Assembly (NCBI GenBank): GCA_043228905.1
Contig: JBHGNT010001478.1
Span: 1-7,835, forward strand
Length of the DNA: 7,835 bases
Direction of reading: 5' to 3'
From: Azolla caroliniana
Lineage: Eukaryota; Plantae; Polypodiophyta
In this document: one piece after another, positions 6,203 to 7,835 of the stretch
Numbering within the stretch: position 1 is the stretch's first letter
How the letters are laid out: the number at the start of each line of letters is the position of its first letter
Made by a program: the position numbers and the translations under genes
Notes under the pieces: model-generated
What the model was told of the DNA's origin: nothing
The model's input: only the letters and a program-made list of their open reading frames with translations
Databases searched by the model: none

Positions 6203-7835
6203 ACAAATGTACCATAGAGGCGAAACCGAAGAAACCTTGTACCATAAGTAGGAAGTTTTGTTTCTCCGACAACGGAGGGTGTACGATAGTCGGCGTCGTT
6301 GGCCGAGAAAAGACAAGGGTGGAAGAGCGACTTCGGGCGTGCGGAGTTCTCGGGCCCAGCGAGGAAATGAACGGAGCCGTGGAGGTGGTCTCCTTCGACG
6401 ACACCTTGGGAATACTGCGAGAGGTGGTCGGAGAGGGCCTTAAAGAGGACCGGACGATACCGGTTTGTTCAGAAGAGATGTACGAAGTCATCGCGGACTT
6501 CAGTCGAGGGCTCGAGTCGGATCAGACGGCCCGGGTTAACACGAAGTACAAGACTGTGGACCGAAAGGTAAGGCCAGTCCCGACACCCTTGCGAATCGGA
6601 GGGCAGCGAGTTGCGAATCAAGGGGGTCGCGTCGGACCCCAGTTTACGGGATCCGGCCGGCATAGGACACACCTTCACCGACAGAACGCTACGGGAGCTC
6701 AAAATCGGTGGGGGCGGGTTCCTACTGTTGGCGGAAGAAGACCGGTTTCGGAGAATTCTCGGAAGGCACGGGAAAGCCTTCGCATTCTCACCGGGAGAGA
6801 TCGGGTGCGTAGACCCGACAGTTGTGAAGCCGATGGTGATATTCACGGTACCGCATGTGCCGTGGAATCTCAAACCAATTCCGGTACCAAGAGCTCACAT
6901 CCCGGAGCTGATGGAGCTGTTGAGGCAGAAAATCGATATGGGCATCCTCGAACCGTCGAGTGCCCCGTACTCTAACCGGTGGTTTACCATACCGAAGAAG
7001 AACGGGACGTTGCGCTTCATTCAAGACCTGCAACCGGTCAACAGAGTGACCATTCGGAACGTAGGAATCGGACCAACGATAGACGAGTTCGCGGAAGCCT
7101 TCGTCGGAAGGTCGATCTACTCGGTCGGTGATCTGTACTCAGGGTACGATCAGTTCCAACTAGCCGTAGAGAGCAGAGACATTACGACGATGCAGACTCC
7201 TCTCAGCCTAGTGCGGATGTGTACCCTGCCACAAGGAGGGACGAACTCGGTGGCCCACATGGTGAATGCGATGAACAATGTGCTGAGGGATTGCATCCCG
7301 GACATCACCATGCCATTCTTGGACGATATCCCGATCAAGGGATGTCCGGTGGAAGACAAGGACGAAACGATCGGACCGGACGGATGCCGGAAATTTGTGG
7401 CGACACACATTGAAGACTGCGAGAGGGTGCTGCAGAGACTAGAGGATGCGAGGCTCACCTTCTCCGGGGAGAAATCGGCCTTTGGGCAATCAGAGATCAT
7501 GGTCGTCGGACATCTATGCGGACCGTATGGCCGGAAACCGTCTCCAGCTAAGGTAGAAGCCATCTCCGCAATGAAGCCCTACTGTAACTCGGTCACGGAG
7601 GTACGGAGGTTCTTGGGAGCATGCGCGTTCTACCACATATGGATCCCGCATTACGCCCACATTGCCGAGCCGCTATACGGGTTGCTGAAAAAGGGGCGAA
7701 AATTCGAGTGGCGAGTTGAGCATACAGAGTCGGTCCGAAAGATGAAGGAGGCTCTTGCTGCAGCTCCGGCACTCCGGAAGGCTGTCTACGAGAAAGGTTC
7801 TCCCATCTACATGAAGGTAGATACGAGTCCGACCG
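6139..7835 (+). pseudogene. pol: Gypsy ORF2 (pol): N-terminal ~150-aa region, reverse transcriptase, start of RNase H; one frameshift at ~6593-6596; truncated by the window edge
   Basis: The -1 frame runs to KYKTVDRKVRPVPTPL (6591). After a +1 shift, a stop-free frame runs 6599-7835 (missing from the ORF track because it has no stop): SAPYSNRWFTIPKKNGTLRFIQDLQPVN, DLYSGYDQ, LPQGGTNS, FLDD (7316-7327), VRRFLGACAFY, RNase H start IYMKVDTSP (7805-7831). Confidence 0.93.

Larger units (their letters stand above)
3328..7835 (+). mobile_element. Ty3/gypsy LTR retrotransposon, 5' part (LTR-PBS-gag-PR-RT-start of RH), runs off the window; degenerate
   Basis: LTR, tRNA PBS, Gag with CCHC knuckle, retropepsin-like protease, RT directly followed by RNase H with no integrase between PR and RT (gypsy order). 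Confidence 0.95.

Noticed and set aside
5662-6975. 437-aa ORF as a standalone gene
   Set aside because: Only 6139-6591 looks like true pol. The part before overlaps the protease in another frame, and the part after is out of frame because of the 4-nt insertion.

Overview
Eukaryotic, very probably land-plant, repetitive DNA made up almost entirely of two nested, decayed LTR retrotransposons in opposite orientations. (1) Minus strand, ~66-3327: the 3' half of a Ty1/copia element (Tnt1/Tork-like), with integrase, RT, RNase H, a polypurine tract and a ~620-bp 3' LTR. It carries 6 premature stops and 2 frameshifts. (2) Plus strand, 3328 to the window end: a Ty3/gypsy element inserted into the copia integrase. 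It has a 649-bp 5' LTR (TGTC...GACA), an 18-nt PBS matching plant tRNA-Trp, and ORF1 = Gag + zinc knuckle + protease (D-H-G motif). ORF1 ends at a candidate -1 ribosomal frameshift (G_GAU_UUU, then a stem-loop or pseudoknot) leading into ORF2 = unknown ~150-aa region + RT (FLDD) + start of RNase H. The most interesting signals are the frameshift placed after the protease, a templated 4-nt insertion, strong CCGG enrichment alongside CAG->TAG decay, and structured or repeated motifs in the LTRs. No host gene, RNA gene or CRISPR array is supported.
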